Counted from the first letter of the stretch, positions 12,201 to 25,149 are shown. The stretch is 37,118 nucleotides of DNA from Perkinsus chesapeaki ATCC PRA-425 (GCA_013115145.1 JAAPAO010000352.1:1-37118), one strand, 5' to 3'. The notes: generated by a model not told the origin, from the sequence alone. Translations and numbers: made by a program.

Positions 12201-12455
12201 ACCAGGGAGATGAACATATCTGAAATGCATCCATTATAATAACAACACAGACCAAACAACAGTGATTTTTCAATAATAATAACAATAGCCCTCTTCTTTT
12301 TCTCCTCCGCCTCCTTACTTCATGAGGAAGGGGCCAAAGTTATCCAGTAATATCCTAGTAAAGATAATTATCATATGCCCAATAGGGAGGACCAGACTAT
12401 TCCAAAAGACTCTATTTCGAAGGAAGCCGCAGAGCAACTTCCGTGTGGTGGTCAT
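9235..12455 (-). CDS. HSL-family alpha/beta hydrolase (esterase/lipase) with probable N-terminal membrane anchor, multi-exon
   Basis: ICIMGDSAGASLAL (Ser), LPPINLQCGGKDILV (Asp), RVTMK|IYPNSRHAFVG (His). The link between the exons at 11950-12455 and the catalytic exons was not fully traced, so the 5' boundary is uncertain. Confidence 0.7.
11083..11348 (+). repeat. Co-oriented array of CGGATA/CGGAAA motifs
   Basis: CGGATA at 11102, 11152, 11174, 11200, 11247, 11286 and CGGAAA at 11266, 11308, 11329. Confidence 0.75.
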
Positions 12456-12530
12456 TTAAGCAGGTCCGTTGAGGACAATACGGTAAAGGAACGTTATTAA
12501 CTACATTAGCAAGCCCGATGCTATTAGTAC

Positions 12531-12667
12531 CTCTGAAATGCCGACCAGAAGGTATCCAAGGAGAACCGCACTATACAGATTATCGCAGTCCCTATTGGGA
12601 TAATTATCCAATTCATAAACCGATCAACGGTTTCTAGATGCCAGAGTGCATCACTAAATGATATCAT
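12531..12667 (-). CDS. Duplicated candidate alternative first exon (137 nt) of the hydrolase gene
   Basis: MISFSDALWHLETVDRFMNWIIIPIGTAIICIVRFSLDTFWSAFQ aligns without gaps to the exon at 12319-12455, with the same length and a phase-2 GT donor. Confidence 0.6.
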
Positions 12668-12962
12668 GATTTCTAATAATATACTAAAACAATCCGCGCT
12701 TCGCTCCGCTGTTATAATACAACACATTATCCAATTTAAGAATGTCGATGATGATGATTGTTGTTATTATTATAGAAACAGTACTGCTTGTTGTTGATGC
12801 TCTTGGTGGGGGAGGGACCACTAAAGGCCATTTTAGTAACATTATCGACATTAGAGGAAAGGCTAGTTACCGGCCCAGTCCTCCTATGTGTAATAGAAGA
12901 ATGTACCTGAATAAGAAGGAGAGTTGAGGGAAATATGGTAGTATTAATTATCTATTTACAGT

Positions 12963-15900
12963 TTAAAGATTAACGTTAAGCCTGTTGGCATATGTAGCCA
13001 CCTTGTCTTCGGTAAAGATATTGTAATCTTGTAAAGTCTTAACCACCTCACCCACGAAGATATCGGCAATGTTAGGGATGTCCAATTTCATATCATCGAT
13101 AATCCTACAACACACTTCACCATCACCACAGTCACTTGAACAGTATCCTACTCGGGGTCCGCGAACTCATCCAAAGCCTTCTCCAAAGCTTCAGTCTCCC
13201 AAGTACCCTTCTTCTCCGAAGAGAACAGCTTGCCCAAAGCCTGACACATCAACAGCAACAATGATGACATAAATACTAATATGAATAACCATCCGAATGA
13301 TAGAAACTCCACCAAACGAATCTGTACTTTAAAAATAGGCACTAGCCGAGGAAATAAACAGACAGCACTTTGTACAGAAATTCGCTAACAGAGCCTATAG
13401 GCTTTGAACACCTACCTTCAAATGAGCCTGTCTTTGCTCCTTCTTTATATCACAACTGGCGCCAATACGATCCAAAAGTATCTTAGTTTGTTCCTCTGGG
13501 GTAGCGCTAATATCGGCAAGCTCCTGTACGGCGTTATCAACCTAACCATCACAACGTTCGTTACAGGACCTCGCCGATGACAACTGTCATCAACGTCCTA
13601 CGTCTAAAGAGGCGCTGAGCTCCTCCAGAGTGCTCTTGACCTGCTTGGCAGGGTCTTCGTGGTCTAAGGGACAATTACCATAAATATGCTATGCAGTCTT
13701 ACGAGAAGGCTTAGACTCGGTGACACTTCTAGAGTCGGAGGAAGGACTAGAAGATCTCTCGGCACCTAAACACACACAAGGAATCGAACCCGGGCCATTT
13801 GAAGCGAAGCGCCGCGCTCTACCGCTGCGCCATTACTTCTGCTAGATAAGTCCTGAGTAGCTCTAGCAGCAACATGTCCCCAAGGAGCTGGAGTGGGACG
13901 AGCCGGTAACGATCCTCGACTGCCAAAAGCTGTGCCTGAATCACCGACGGGATTCATTCGAAATCATACGAAAGTAACATTAGTCCGCAAGCACTTCTCG
14001 GCAATGCTGTGCTTACCGGGTCTCGAAGAATTGGTGGAGGAAAGCCCATGGGGTATGCTGCTCCCCCTCGAGATGGTCCTCTGTAATCCTCCTCCACGTC
14101 TATCAAGCTTACTACTACTGCCAAAGCCTGTACGTGAACGGTTAAGGCCACCTCGACCACCTACAAGGGCGAATCATTCTATCAATGAATTCAATGTCTA
14201 CCATCATTACCACCACTACGGGAGTTCTGACGGCTGAATCGTTCAGTCTCAGCTCTCTCAAGCTCAACTTGACGATGAACCTGAAGATGGAGGATATCTT
14301 AACTGCGGGTATAATATCAGCTTCAGGAAGCAGTAGTAGTATACGGCTTTGTCAACGCATCCTCAAATATGAGCTGCTGTCACTTACAGTCTCATCAGGG
14401 ACTCTCGAAAATGAGCTCTATAAGATAGTAAAAAAGTTTCATAATGTTAACCGAATACAGATAAAGATGTTGGCAGCAGTTGTTCCGGAGTAAGTAGTTC
14501 TCGGTACCCTTGGACCAACTATTATTAGTGTATTTGATAATAATTATCTTGCATCATCGACTACTAGTATTATTACCTATTTCATATTAGTAGTTATAAT
14601 GTTCCATATTATAATATATTAATAATATGAAGCTTTATTTTCACAACGTGTACAATTTCATTTTCTACACTCCACCGCCGCCGCCGACCTCTACAATGTA
14701 TCTTAGCCTACCTCAGAGATGGTAAGAGGGCCATTATCCTTCTTGGGGTCAACCCAGCGATGAGCTCTAAGATCCAGGATATCCTGAACTCGAACCGTGC
14801 AAGATACTCCGAGCTCTCCCTTTTCCTCACCTGGCACATAAATCGTATCCTACTAGAATAATGATCAGCATCCTTGGTAACTTCCTTCAATCTATCAAAC
14901 GCCACAGCAAACCTGCAAAGAGATCATCAACCAATACCACAGCATCCTTCCAAACTGACTCGGTATAATGACTCCATTTGGGGTTGTCAAAAACTGGTCC
15001 AGTCTCTCTCAAGAAAACACACAAGGCTTCGATGCACTCCTCTCTGTACTTTCTCTCCCACATTTGGTTGATCTGACGGAGATGACTATGCAGCAACACA
15101 AGGAGGAAGGGGACAGCATTACACAAACAATGGCGATCTTAGAAGAGATCAACTTCCTTTGGACCAGCTGCGCTACGAACTTGATATTACCGAGCATCCT
15201 TGTCTTGTATCTGATCAGAAGGAAATATGGTATGAATTCATAAGCCATCACCTTACCGTATCTCAGCTTCCTGAAGCTCTTCACCTTGCAATCCACTCTC
15301 AGTAAGCTCCGCTGGAGGGTTGAGGTTCGATTCAAACTCGTGCTGAATGATACCAAACATCTCCCACTACCAACGACTACTACCAACTACTAACTCACTT
15401 GGCACGTATTTAACAAGACGTTTTTAAAGGCCTCCACCTGAGCCTTCCCAGCATCCACATCCTCTAACACTGGCTCTGGACCTAAAGCCAGCATTATCCT
15501 CCCAGTAGTGTACAGCAGCAAAGCTAATAATAGTAAATACCACTGCCGAGTTCGAGAGCGTATGAATTATACTCGTTTATGGACACCACCGCAAACACTC
15601 TCCCAAGCTGGTGGAGTTCTCGACAACTCTCCTACGCATTCCTACTGGAGATCCTCAATTTCAGGACTACCTCATGATTCTGCTTAATATACTTCTCACA
15701 TTTTATCAGGGTTCGGATTGACTCCGGTCAATTCTGACATCATTTACTTTAAAAATATCGAATACTGCTAGTCTCGGTGGAAATATCATTGCCCAACTGA
15801 GGGTGACCTTTGCACTTCCGGCCCCCTCCCCCCTCCTCTGCCCCCCGCCTTACTTTGCTTCAGCCAAATAACCGTTCTTTGGCAGACATCCGCATACATA

Positions 15901-18900
15901 GGAATGAAATGATGCTGCGTGGTGGCCTTTTCAAATAATCGATCAACAAGAGCTTTAATGTGCTCCTGTTTGCATATGCCAGTCTCTGGACTTTGCAATT
16001 GGTTCTGAAAATTGTAAAACATGACACAGAATAAGGGCGGAGCGAAGCTCGACATTACCACTAGCTTATCAAACTTCTCTACAGTCAACTTGTTGAGTAT
16101 AGCAATAATATGCCTCTCGACCTTCTCATCACCAGATTGCTAAGAACACCAGTTTTCATCATCGATAGATCAGTCCGCCTCCTACCTCGAGTTTCAACTT
16201 CTGCTGTGTTGCCCATGAGCTCTCTGAATGCTGCAAAGGCTCCACATACTCATTAGGATCAGCGCGTGGAGGCCTGTCCGAATGACGGCCAGATTTGCCG
16301 CCCTTCCTCCCTAAACCACCACACTCTCTTCCCCCTCCTCCGTCTCTCCCTTACGGCCCTCTTTATGCCTCATCGATCTATGCCTTTCAGCATCCTTCCT
16401 CCAATCCATCCCTTCCTCATCTCCCTTGTGATTCTTCATATGTCCAATCCTGCTACCAACAACAACTCTCCTCCCTACACCCCACACACGGCTACCTAGA
16501 GTTCTTCAGAATCTGTGCCGGTATGTTATGATCGTCGGGTAGCTCCTGGCATTCTGGCAGATCTCTCAATGATCGAAGGAAGTCCAAAGTGTAATGTCTG
16601 AAACAAGGCAAGCACTCAAGGCCCTCGTCGGTCGCTGTGATCAAGCAGTCGCAGGTTCGACTCCCGACTCCGTCATTTCTCCGCATTTTCAGCAAAGAAC
16701 TTTCCCGAGGAAGGCTTCCTTTGCCCCACAAACTGATGAGCTTGTGGGGATGCCTACATTTTGATAAGCCGATCTTCCCCGAGAAATACAAGTCCTACAT
16801 TGTCCTACAAGTTTATATGTTATATTAATAAATAATCTTTCTATTATACCCCATAAGTAAAAGCAGATGTTAACGACGACGACCAAGTTGGCCTTTGGGC
16901 TGTCCCACTTGCCCACATTATTATTACTGATAATCCAGTACAGCATCATAGTTAGGTGTAGCGCTTGGTGTATATCCACCTTCATCTTCGTCATCCTCAT
17001 CCTGCTCCTGCTGCTCCTGCTGCTGCTGCTCTTGCTCCTCCTCCTCCTTATCATACCCTTCCGAGGCAGTGACCTCCTCTTCGTTCTCCTCCCGAGCTGT
17101 CTTCTCCGATTCCTACATTACTTCTTATACTATTTATACCACATTTCTCTCACCTCAGACTCTCGAGCAGCAGTAGCCGCGGCTAGAGCTTCAGCTGAAC
17201 AGCAGCAACAGTTCCCCACATAATCCGTCTCTTCCCCACCTACCCTCAGCAGCAGCAGCCTCTTCCTCAGCCTTCCGTTTAGCTTCTTCCTCTGCCCTCT
17301 TCTCCTTTGCTACCCTCTCTTCCTCCTCAGCCTTCCTAGCGGCCTCTTCAGCAGCAGCCTCCTCAGCAGCAGCAGCAGCCTCCTCCTCAGCAGCAGCAGC
17401 AGCTCGCTCCTCCGCAACCCTCTTAGCCTCTTCTTCTTCAGCCTTCCTAGTTGCCTCTTCCTTCTCCTTGGCAATCCTCTCTTCCTCCTCAGCCTTCTTA
17501 ACTTCCACTTCTTCCTTCTTTGCCTTAGCAGCTGCCAAATCGGCCGCAGCTGTCAATGCGCTTGGGCGCTAAAGATAGCAATTTGCCAACATCAAAGCCC
17601 ATAAACCTTACCCCAGCAGCAGCAGCGGTGGTGGTGCTCTCAGTGACAGTCTTGTCCGCCTAAACAAAGTTATCACTGACCATTTCCCATGCTACCTACC
17701 GGCTTCGTAACAGGGGTCCGCGACGCCCTGGCCGCCCATGCACCCTTCAGCTTCCTCGGTGACACAGGAGGGCTCGCCGGAGCTGTCCCCTCCTCCTCCT
17801 CCACAGCGGGAGCGCTGTGCTTGGGCAAAGTAGGCGAAGGTGTAGCAACAACTGTCCTAGGTGTGGGCATGCCCGAAGCTGGGGTTCTCTTAGGGGTAGG
17901 GTGAGCGGCCACAACAGGCGTGTGAGATTTAGCAGTCATAAGGGTTGGCTTTGTAGTGACAACTAAAGGTGATGTAACACCGATGGCGGTCGAGGGGGCA
18001 GTAAGGTGATGCTGCTGCTTAGCCCTATCAGCCCAAGAGGGCCCTTGAGATAATACAGTGGCCACCTTCTGCGGTGCCTAATAGTTGGTACAACAACAAT
18101 AACACAATGCAGCTACCTCTGTAGCTTCCTCCTCGACATGCTGCTGTTCCATAGCTGCTGCTTTCGGGACTTCAACCTACCAGTAACGAAGACTGTCATA
18201 TCTAAGCCGCCCCACTAAAGTCAACCTCACATTAGTCGCCGCCGCCGAGGCCTTGGTTGGAGCAGCTCGTGGCATGACAGTGGGAGTTTTAGCAACAACC
18301 ACCTTAGGGGTGACCTAAGCGTTTACATAACCAGGTTCAGCAAAGCCCAAGATCCCTACCTTCTGCACCGATGCTACTGCCGGTGGCGCTGCTGTTGTTG
18401 TAGTGGCCTTAAGCTTTGCGGCCCAATTCATAACCTAACAAACCATACAAGGACATCTCCCCCCAACACCTTTACCTTCGGCTTCTCCTCTTCTTCTTCC
18501 TTCTTCCTCTCGGCTTCCTTCCTTGCCTCTTCCTCCTCCAAATGCTTTAACTACCACCACCACAACACCATCCCTCCAATCCTTCCCCCACCTGCCCCCT
18601 TACCGCCTCCTTATCAAGCTTCTTACCAGCAGCTGCTATGGCTGCTGATACCGCCAATGACGGCCCAGATAAATCAATCTTCTCTGGCTCTTTCTTTTCA
18701 GGAGTAACGCTCTTCGTTGGGGTCGTACGACCATTGGCGCTGCCATAAGCGGCTCCCTTGCCCTCAGCAGCTCCCTTGGCGGCACCCTAAATCGCACTTC
18801 CCCTCTACTTCTATTATACAGTAATATTACCTTCCCTCCTTTACCTTTACCAAAACCCTTGCCCCCCTTAACGCCTTTACCAGTAGGCGTCCTTGGCCCC

Positions 18901-19740
18901 CGCAGGTTCGGGTTTTTACGGCCACTCTAATCAAGTGGGTTGAAATTGTAATAATACCGTATTTCCGTCAAATCCTACTTGAGGGTGATGCTGCTGTGGT
19001 CCACCAGCAGCGGCTTGCATGTCTCCAGCGTTACCAGGTACCATCTGACCGAGAGTCTGCATCTCACCAGTTTGAGGGTTGTAGTAAGTTCCCATCTGAG
19101 AGAGTCCATTGACAGAAATAAGGTCAATGCCGCTTACGGGAATAAACTGCTGTTGGTTCATATAATTCACCACATAGGCACCATGAGGAACGTATCTACA
19201 AATACGTCAGATGCGCACTCGACCTTAAGATACGCCTACCCAGGGTATGCAATTAAGTTGGCAGCGGCCATACCGTATTGATATCTAAATCGACGCTTTG
19301 CAGAGAGAGCGGTATAAGAACGAACGCCTCACCCCATTGAGAAGTCCTGCTGCTGCTGTTGTTGCTGCGCTTCCCAGCCGCCCTTTGCTCCAGTAGAAGG
19401 CAAGAGACCATTCTGTTTATTGGACGGTGATGCACCTATCAACAACCACTACGATTAGAGGGAAATACGGTATAATTACCAGACTGGCTGTTTGCACTCT
19501 GGGATGGCCGTCGCTGCTGATCTGTCGGTGTAGAGGTTGAGGATCGATTCTCCGAGTCTCCTTGTACCGTATTTGCTGTTGTTGATGTTGTTGACGTTAA
19601 ATTGTTGTTGGCCACTGCTGCTGCAGTATAGGACCCTAAAACGGCTTAACGTAATCGATAATGGGAGAGAGGAGGCTACCAGGGACAAACTCTGAAGCGT
19701 TCGGATTGAGCTTGCTCGTTGGAGAGGTTTGAGTGGCCAT
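12963..19740 (-). CDS. eIF4G: eIF4G-like translation initiation factor (PAM2, long low-complexity region, YxxxxL 4E-binding-like motif, MIF4G, MA3-like C-terminus)
   Basis: SKLNPNASEFVPG at the start, HYTLDFLRSL, ILNKLTVEKFDKL, LFEKATTQHHFIPMYADVC, GNIKFVAQL, SSRIRFMCQ, KSTLEEL...KLDIPNIADIF. Many GT-AG introns. The central low-complexity exons were not all traced. Confidence 0.85.
13766..13836 (-). pseudogene. tRNA-like (A box plus B box) sequence filling a 71-nt intron of eIF4G
   Basis: GTAA-TGGCGCAGCGG-TAGAGCGCGGCGCTTCGCTTCAAATGGCCCG-GGTTCGATTCC-TTGTGTGTGTTTAG. Canonical A-B spacing, D-stem intact, acceptor and anticodon stems do not pair. Confidence 0.65.
17200..17540 (-). repeat. Low-complexity coding repeat (E/A/K/R-rich charged helix) inside eIF4G
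   Basis: KAEEEERIAKEKEEATRKAEEEEAKRVAEERAAAAAEEEAAAAAEEAAAEEAARKAEEEERVAKEK. Confidence 0.85.
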
Positions 19741-20481
19741 GGTGGAAAATACAACTATGATAATCATCAGATATTCGATGTATGCTGCACGCACAAGCAA
19801 AGTCTCCAGTTAACCTATTTTGTATCTTACCACCAACTCAAAGATACGCCTGAAATTTAGCTCCTTATCCCACTTCTTCTACCCCAAAGTACCCCCTCTC
19901 CGCATATCATCAAGCAACCTCGCAAGAATCTTCCATTCCAGTCAGGGCCGGCGGCCCCACAGCATGATAGCGATGAATCGAGAATAAAAATATTACCGTT
20001 AAGTAAGTGCAAGATCTGGTAAGTCTGCAAGATTTACTCTGTACTCGTCTCGCGTATCTTCTCCCGCTGGTGTGTCCCCATTTGATCCGTCGTTAGGATT
20101 GCCTATCTTGTTCTGTGTTGCTATTTTAATTTAGACATAGATAGACACTTTAGGATTTGCTTGGCTAAGATTCAAAATAGGTTAATTCGATGACATCCTA
20201 CATACGAGTTCTATCGCGTTTGGTAGTGCGTCGCATCGTTACTTTTTATAATCGAACTAGCTTGCTTATCACAGTGCTTCAACTAACCGTTTTCTTAACA
20301 TTGAATTGTTACCTTATTCACGTGGGTTGTTCAATCGACCTACTTTGAATCTTACCCCAGCCATCGATTGACACTGTCACCCCCTATAGATTAGACTATC
20401 TGCTTTACCCGTTCCATAAAGCATCTCCAAAGCTTGATTAGTAGACTCAGTGATCGTATTATGGCAGTTTCTTGGTGCAAT

Positions 20482-21931
20482 ATGTCCGAGGAAATAGTTA
20501 AACTCCGTACATCTGATGGCGTTGTTATGACAATGCCACTACAAGCAGCTTGCTTTAGTGTATTGGTTAAGAATATGGTTGATGATGCTAGTGGCAATAT
20601 AAGTGATGAGGTAACAATAATCATTATAAATTCACATTAGTAAATCACACGTTATTGTATAGCAGCCTAGGTTGTTTATTAATAGCTTCTACTAGTTAAG
20701 TACACGTTTATATGTAATCTAACCTCTCTCTTATATTAAACCTTCCCACACTATTTGGCTCACCTCACCAGTCTTGTCAATACTATTATTAATTAATAAC
20801 ACCTGCCGAAACAGTGTGATCTGCATCATATTTAATATTACGTATTATTATACATAGTTTTATTTCTAGCATTAAAGTATTATATAGCCTATTATATCAC
20901 TTCAGGAGATCCCCCTGCCCAACGTATCTTCTAAGATCCTCGAAAAGGTTATTCAGTGGTGCGAGTATCACGTGGACCATTCTACCAGTACCTTCCCTTC
21001 CACATTTCTATTCGGATGTTATCTTCTTCAGGTATTATTAATAAGCCCCTTAAAATGGGCGGTCAACTTAGAGACAATGGCGTAGTCGAATGGGATATCA
21101 AATTTTTGGAAATGCCCGAGGTAGAGTTACCGAAGTCCGTCTCATTTCTTTCTGTATCATTGCGGCATCTCTTCATTAATTTTCCACTATCCGTGACGTC
21201 TCGAAGCTGATATCGGATAAGTTTTGGAGTTGGACTTCTCCGAGTTGGAAATAGTCAAGAAAACATGTCAACTTCATGAGCGTTTTCCCCAAGGCCTGCT
21301 GCCGTCCCCGTTAGTTAGCGGTAGATCGTTTTCTTCCCCCTCAGAAAGAGTTATTCGATGTGATGCTTGCGGCCAACTTCATGGACATCAAACCACTTCT
21401 AGAGCTTTGCTGTGCCTCGGTAACAAATTCTTGTTACGAATTTGGTTATCATAGTATTAAGGTTGCTTCATCGATAAAGTCAAAAACTGTTGAAGAGCTA
21501 CGTGAGGAGCTAGGCGTGGGTGAAGAAGGTTTTACACCTGAGGAGGAGGAAAAGATTCTCAGGGACAACGCCTCATGGTAGGCCAGCGCGAAAAACGAGT
21601 CGCTGTTGCGAATGGGTGTATAACACTTGTTGATATATGTATGTTCGAGGAAGAGTGGTAAAATTCCCGCCTAGCTTTGCTAGGATTCGGCGGTGTTGTG
21701 AGAAGATTGTTAAGAGCAATCGAAGGAAACCAGCGCTGTAGCTGTTTCCTGCTGCGTGGTTGGCGCGCTCCAACGATCAGAGGCTCTCTTGCGGACAGTC
21801 GTTACATCATCAGGTGTAAAGAGGCCGCTGATATGCTTAAGGACATTGAGAAGGAGAAGGCTATTCAAGCGGCAGCGGAAGCACAAGAGAGATCTGAGGG
21901 AGCAGATGAAAATGCCGAGGCCAACGCCTAG
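20482..21931 (+). CDS. SKP1: Skp1-family SCF adaptor
   Basis: VKLRTSDG, EIPLPNVSSKILEKVIQWCEYH, LFDVMLAANFMDIKPLLELCCA, IKSKTVEELREELG, FTPEEEEKILRDNASW across GT-AG introns. Confidence 0.93.
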
Positions 21932-22099
21932 GAACATTTCTGATAATTCATTGGGAAACGACGGTGATGAGTAATATTTAATGATTTTCTACTAACTACG
22001 ATATATCGTTATTCCAGCAGCAGCAGCGTGAGTTGAGTTAACAGCAGCAAGTCATTCAAAACCTTACGGCTGCGCAAAGATAATGTCATTTAAGAATCG

Positions 22100-23320
22100 C
22101 CGTAACATCTCCGGTTAGCACAGATTGAAGCAACCAGGATTATTCTTAGCGACAGACCATCCATCGTACTCAGAATGATGAACAAATTGATCCGGCCCCC
22201 GTTCGGGGTCGTAGTCGCCCGTTCCAGCAATATCCGAAGGAGATATCGATAACCAGTTCGTCCTCATACTGTAGCCCTTTCTGTGGTATTCATCGCCTGG
22301 AGCTGTATAAATATATTAAATCATAAGTATTAGAATCCTACATTATACGAATACTTATATTCACATTATCTGAATGTTATTAGCACCACTAATGATTTAT
22401 CATATATTACTACTCAACCCCGTGCTCAGGGCAACGTAGATGGATTTTTAACCAAGGTATTCGGCATTACTCTCCGCAATACTGGCGAGCTTGAACAGGA
22501 TACTTGTTCGATTGGTGTGACAAAGTTGATAATTGATTGTACCGTTGTAGAGGTACTCACTTCTCAGAACTAGCGCAACAATAGGCGGCATTCTCTATCG
22601 TGGTGCTGCTCTAGTAGTGCTAGGAACGTTAGTACTAGACACACCAAACTGCCCAAGGGTTAGCCGAACTGAAGGCCAAATACAAAAAGGTGCCGCAAAA
22701 GATATAGAAATACGGATACATGCAAGGGCTACTGAAGTAGATTCGGTGAGTCTGAACTAGACTCCATATTTGTTCGATTGAGTAGCAGGTTGATATTATC
22801 AACCATCGGTAAAGGACTTCCGTTTTTCTTCATTGAGCCTCCACGGCTCTCTGATACTTCTCAGCTCGAAGCTCCTACCGGGTCTCGGTTCTTCAGTTCA
22901 ATAGATGTGCAAAAGTGTTAGTTAATACACTCGAGAGAAAGTGTGTCACTCATACATTGATTGAACACTTTTGTATCGGCCCCACCTGGTTGCGTATATG
23001 CAAAAATATTCGCATTATGGGTATAGGCCGTCAGTAATACGCCTCCTAATGAGAGCCTACGTGAGGCCAGTTCATACTCTAGAGCCTACAGCTTCTCATC
23101 ACCTATGTCAAAAGCAGCAACTCTCCTATGGGAATGCGAGCGAGCACGAATACGATTGAATGCTGAAGCTTGCTGAGGATACCTAGACAACATTTGGATG
23201 AACTTCAACTTGCTCAGAAAACATCGGTTCAAAATGTTGCCTACCACATCCTCAACCGAGCAGTTCGGAAACTTCAGCAAGCCTTTGCGTTTATCAATAC
23301 AAACAGGTTGGGTGTTCAAG
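22100..23320 (-). CDS. Possible hypothetical multi-exon gene, structure unresolved
   Basis: Protein-like segments (GYSMRTNWLSISPSDIAGTGDYDPERGPDQFVHHSEYDGW; MYPYFYIFCGTFLYLAFSSANPW) flanked by splice-like sites, but no consistent exon chain was found. Confidence 0.3.
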
Positions 23321-23499
23321 ATGCAATCCGTTAATTGGTGTTTTAAACCTAGGCTTGCGTATCACTGAAGCATATTCGGGTATGATGAATTATCCACTTT
23401 AAACCGGCTGTTAAGTCGCGTAGTCACTACACCCTACAGTTTTCAATGAAATGCACTACGCCGTAGGTATAAGGTGATAGTATCCGGAAACCAAAAAGT

Positions 23500-24830
23500 T
23501 GTTTTGCCTAATGATTCACTGTGACTGGACCGTTACGAATGGCATATTAGCTCACCATCAGAAGCTACTTCGTAAATTGGCGAAAAGCGAGGAGGAGAAA
23601 CAGTTGCTTAACATTGCTGAAAAGGAGGTTGAGATAACCGAGAGAATAACTCTCTGGTGTAGCTTCAATGGTGTAGCTCGCGGCCGCCGTCCAGCAAGGA
23701 ACCAGGAACACGTTAAGTCTGTCTGTTGATGAAAGTTCGCTGGAGAAAAGGATCGAGGAGGTACATCCGATCTTAGGACTGAAGACTTCGGTTTGGTGAT
23801 CAGATTCGGGTGGAGTTTAGAGAGTATATAGATGCAGCTCTTGAGAAGGTGGTCGACGATGCCAAAGCTTATTGGCACGCTAATGCAGACAGACTGCCGG
23901 AGGTTAAATGGAACTCGTTAACAGGTTGCTGATTTTGGCTACAGAAGCTCGGAATCGAATACGAGTCGGCATCCGAGGGGTTAGAAGAGCGCATCACGAT
24001 TCTTGAGGAAGCAATCGCAAGCAAGCCCACCACCAATGTGAATGACCATGGGGAAACTAACACTGCAGAAGAGGTGCCAGATAGTGCAAGCTAGAGCCCC
24101 GAAAGCTGGCATACTGTGCGGTTAGGTGCAGGGTGTGCCGGAAAGAGAGAGGGATATGTGGAGGAAAACACGGTTATGTATGGAGGACCTTGCTGAGGCT
24201 ATTGAAGAGGTGGGCATGGTTGGACAGGAGCAGTTAAGCAGGAATGCTCAGAACAAGAGAGATATTGAAGGGCTCCATACTAGAGTCGAAGAGTGTCGAG
24301 AGGTGTTGGACATTTTGCCGGGAATAATAGAGAGAAATCGAGAGCCGGGTGGCTTAGACACTCGGCAGCGTAGGGAGCTCTCCTGTTTAGATAGGGTCAT
24401 GCTCCTCGAGAGCGACAGTAGCAAAGCGGATGCGCTCGTGGGGGGAAAGAACGCCGAAGAAGAACGAGAACCAAAGTAGGATACTCGTCCAGAACTGAGA
24501 TCATTTGGAGTAGCAGGCACTGTGCGACAGAAGAAGACCCGGGTGAACGAATCGAGATTGGTGAAGTACTTGAAGGACAGGATGCATCTGGTGAGCGCAG
24601 GGCGTGAATCACACCGTTTGAGGTATCCAGGCTACGGGAGGACGAGATTCTTGCATTCCTGGCACGAAAACGCGGGGCGCCCACAAACCGTGGGCCACAA
24701 TACAACGCTTACTTTCTGAGCGGCTCAGACAAGTATGAGCAATTACAACTGACCCGGTTGGAACCTACCAATTGGACGCGCAATGTATGGCAAAGTTATG
24801 TAATTGGAATGACAGCAGGAATCAAATTTT
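23500..24830 (+). mobile_element. Decayed intronless ORF (coiled-coil, gag/ORF1-like) with stops and frameshifts
   Basis: Frame-hopping peptides such as VVDDAKAYWHANADRLPEVKWNS, LQKLGIEYESASEGLEERITILEE and LAEAIEEV...IEGLHTRVEECREVLD. No splice pattern. No RT or integrase motif was seen. Confidence 0.35.
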
Positions 24831-25149
24831 GAACAGTTAACTCTTTTACCTGGCTAGTTAGGGCTGAAAAGAGAATTTTCAGTTTCAAACACTCGACATT
24901 CCTGACCTACCGAAGGTCGGCCTACCAGGCTATTCATAGTCCAGCACACAAAAACTGTCCCCGTCTGGGAAACACTTCAGAATGGATAAAAGCCGATACA
25001 ACTAGCCTGAGTAGCACTGTTTCACTAACCCTCTAGTTAGAAGTCGGCTTTCCAATAAACTCGACTTAAAAGTTCGCGCATTTGTGGAAACATCTTGGCA
25101 CGATCACCGTGGTCACCTGTGTGCACGCGTGCAACTTGCGCAGAAATAC

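Noticed and set aside
16689-17223. Poly-Leu ORF (16867-17223 +) suggesting a membrane protein
   Set aside because: Antisense shadow of the Glu/Gln-rich eIF4G exons
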